Assembly: GCF_006345805.1 (NCBI RefSeq)
Contig: NC_043009.1
Span: forward strand, 57,350,001-57,414,000
Origin: Octopus sinensis
Taxonomy: Eukaryota
Direction of reading: 5' to 3'
Length of the DNA stretch: 64,000 nt
Every line of letters begins with the position of its first letter. Position 1 is the stretch's first letter. The position numbers and the translations under genes are program-made. Below, piece by piece: positions 61,049 through 64,000 of this stretch. The notes under the pieces are model-generated. The model was given only the letters and a program-made list of their open reading frames with translations, was not told where the DNA came from and searched no databases.

Positions 61049-61487
61049 AATATGCTGATTAGCCGAGGAAGATGGAAATCGCCGGAAATGGCTAGCCTGT
61101 TCTCCGAGCTGTATTGTAACATATCAAACTTGGTCATTTCTGTCTTCATAGATGTATAACTACAACTGGTTGCAGACCGGTAACATCACTAGCTGCGTGA
61201 TCTGGGAAGTGGTGATCTTAAAAAGGGTGACACAATGCACCCAGGCATGGCTGTATGGTTAAGTAGCTTGTCTTGCAACCGGCTGGTTTCAGGTTCAGTC
61301 CTACTTCACGGCACCTGAACAAATGCCTTCTGCTATAGCCGGGGGATGACAAATGCCTCATGTGTGAATTTGATTGACGGATACTGTGTGTATGTGTGTA
61401 TACATACATACACATATGTATATATATATCTTTATATTTATAAACTAAACTTCTTTCTATTTTCTCCCCCTGTTTATTTCTGTGTTC

Positions 61488-61523
61488 CTTTCTGTCGAAG
61501 AGCGTAGGTTCGAAACGTAAAAG
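61488..61523 (+). ncRNA. Minimal hammerhead-like motif (A6U core variant) in a (TA)n-ending element (61450-61614)
   Basis: CTTT-CTGTCGA-A-GAG(CGTAGG)TTC-GAAA-CG-TA|AAAG. Confidence 0.5.
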
Positions 61524-61609
61524 ACTTTCTCACTTCCCGAGAGTTAAATAATTCATCTGTTTGTTGCTTACACACCCGTGTTCCTCTTTTGTTTTTTTTT
61601 TGTAAATTC

Positions 61610-61657
<48 letters not shown>

Positions 61658-61771
61658 GTGCGTGTGTGTGTATGTGTGTGTGTGGTGTGTGGTTATTGAC
61701 GATTTAAAATCTATTCTCGGCATATTTGGCATAGGAATTTTTTTCTTTTCCCCTTATTTATACGTTATATA

Positions 61772-61867
<96 letters not shown>

Positions 61868-61995
61868 TATTTATATATATATATACACATGCGTATATTA
61901 CAATTTTTCTGAATTTTCGATTTTTCTATATGCTAATCTACTGGATTTAAATTGATATTAATTAAATTAATATTCAATTTACCAACCTCATTATT

Positions 61996-62063
<68 letters not shown>

Positions 62064-62246
62064 GGAAAGTCTTCTTTTTTTCTGTCGAGGGCTTATATAT
62101 CCCTTTATTAGACTATTTTCGTTAGTCATTGCACGGTGATCGCCATAAGCTTAAGCTTATATAAAAATTCCATTATTATTATTGACAGGATTACAGGATT
62201 GTAAATTACGGCGCCGTATAAAAAGAACATTTGCACCGAAAGCAAA

Positions 62247-62333
<87 letters not shown>

Positions 62334-62336
62334 TTA

Positions 62337-62402
<66 letters not shown>

Positions 62403-62869
62403 TACATATATGTATATATGTGTGTGTTTTTGTTCGTGGATATCTTTGTGTCTGTGTTTTCTCCCTCACGCCGTTTGAAAACCGATAATGATTTCTTTAC
62501 GCCCCTGTAACTTAGCAGTTCGACAAAAAAGACTAATAGAATAAATTCCAAACTTAAAAGCCGTAAGTACTGTATTCGTCTAAAACTCTACAATGCCGAT
62601 GAAATCCTGCTCGCACTGAGACGCAAGAGGGTATGATTGGCATTCACAGGAAATAGCTTCGTGATGACGTCCAATATTATGGAAATCAAAGTATTCAGTA
62701 TTCAGGAGCTCGCTTTAACAAGGACATGTCGGAAGGCTGGCAACTCGGTACCCGGAGAGGCAAGTATATACCTGTCAGTGGCCTCTGTTGCTGGATTGAC
62801 TGTTTGCTTAAATTTCTTAGGGTCTGGTTTGCTTCTGGCTTCCAGATGATAAAAACTGGATATCGCACT

Positions 62870-63180
62870 ACAAAGCTCTTTTTTATGGGGTTGCTTAACA
62901 GACAAATTTTATGGTACAAAACCGACAGCGGTCAACGAATTGAGGGCAACCTTTGAACAAGAAAGCGCACAAATACTGAACGAAATGTTTCTTCATGTCT
63001 GAGATTCCATCATTTCGCGTTATATGCCATGCCTGAACCAAAATGGTCATGAGTTTGAAAACATTCATAAAAAAATTAAATATTCTGTCTGTAAATTCTA
63101 TTAAATTTGAAAATGAAATTTATTTTAATAAACGCAGAGAAAGTAAAAATTCACTTGTACGCACTTTTGTGACTCCCCCA
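62870..63180 (+). pseudogene. Tc1/mariner-superfamily transposase C-terminal remnant
   Basis: FLWGCLTDKFYGTKPTAVNELRATFEQE...V.DSIISR..PCLNQNGHEFE (cf. DFFLWG.LK..VY...P....LK..I...R...C....G.HFE). Confidence 0.55.
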
Positions 63181-63245
63181 CATTTACATATGTATACACA
63201 CACACACACACCACACACACACACACACACACATACACACACACA

Positions 63246-63320
<75 letters not shown>

Positions 63321-63849
63321 GAACACGCATATAGGATTTCTTTGAAATGTTTAACTCTCTCTTCCATCATCTGCCAGGAAAAAAAATTTGGCTATTTGAC
63401 TCCAGCTCTGCAGATTGTTGAAGAATCAGCATTTCAAAAAAAATATATTGCAACAATCGGCCGAAAATATTTCATGATTCATCAGAATGAAACCGGATAA
63501 TCTAAGCGTAATCCGAATGCTTTTATCCCGACCATCCCTTGAGTACATGAGCCAAAGTTCTCATTGGCTGGATGATGGAATATCCAATAACTGCCGAGAT
63601 TTCTTCAACCAATTGTAGGCCAGAATTTAGTGGGTTTTTTTTGTGAATGACTTGAAGGCACTCAAGTGATTTTTCTATGTATGGGGTGTAAAATGTCCGT
63701 GTGTATAAAATGTCGCAATGCACCATGGTGGGTTTCATCCGAGATTTGCAGAGTTCGCAGTTGATGAATGTATGTGAAGTGTTTGGTAATCTTAACCCCC
63801 CCCCCAAAAAAAACAACAGTCTTTATATTGCAGTCTTTGATATGTTTTC

Positions 63850-64000
63850 TCTTTAACTTGTTTCAGTCTTTAGACTACGGTCATGCTGGGGCACCACTTT
63901 GAACAATTTTAGTCGAACGAATCGACTTATTCTCCAAAACCTGGTACTTATTCCATCGATCACTTATGCCGAACCGCAAATGTTATGGGGACGTAAACAC
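63850..64000 (-). mobile_element. Old group A SINE 3' part, runs off the window
   Basis: TTGTTTCAGTCTTTAGACTACGGTCATGCTGGGGCACC...GGGGACGTAAACAC. Confidence 0.75.

Noticed and set aside
63480-63720. Possible very old Tc1/mariner fragment
   Set aside because: Only vague peptide resemblance and no intact catalytic motif.

Overview
AT-rich, repeat-saturated animal genomic DNA, probably from a coleoid cephalopod (Octopus-like). That assignment is an inference from recalled SINE families and microsatellite density, not from a search. No intact protein-coding gene is visible, and most ORFs in the track are microsatellite translations. The window holds three tRNA-derived SINE groups (called A, B/E and C here), including head-to-tail B multimers. 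It also holds decayed LINEs (CR1, RTE, HERO-like, R4/Dong-like), DNA transposons (Tc1 with DD36E spacing, mariner, Merlin, pogo/Tigger-like MITEs, non-autonomous Helitrons and Helentron-like elements), an 8 kb 86-bp satellite, a 65-bp x17 array, a GAC-rich ~190-bp repeat and an initiator-tRNA pseudogene. Three candidate exons have plausible splice sites. The most interesting signal is a set of short, mostly (TA)n-associated, non-coding elements. Each carries a minimal type-I hammerhead-ribozyme fold with a palindromic stem III, the architecture known from Penelope-like elements and retrozymes. Several occur in inverted or fold-back arrangements, and a cluster of near-perfect palindromes sits next to (TA)n tracts. 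All alignments and folds were made by eye, and boundaries are approximate unless termini or TSDs are quoted.
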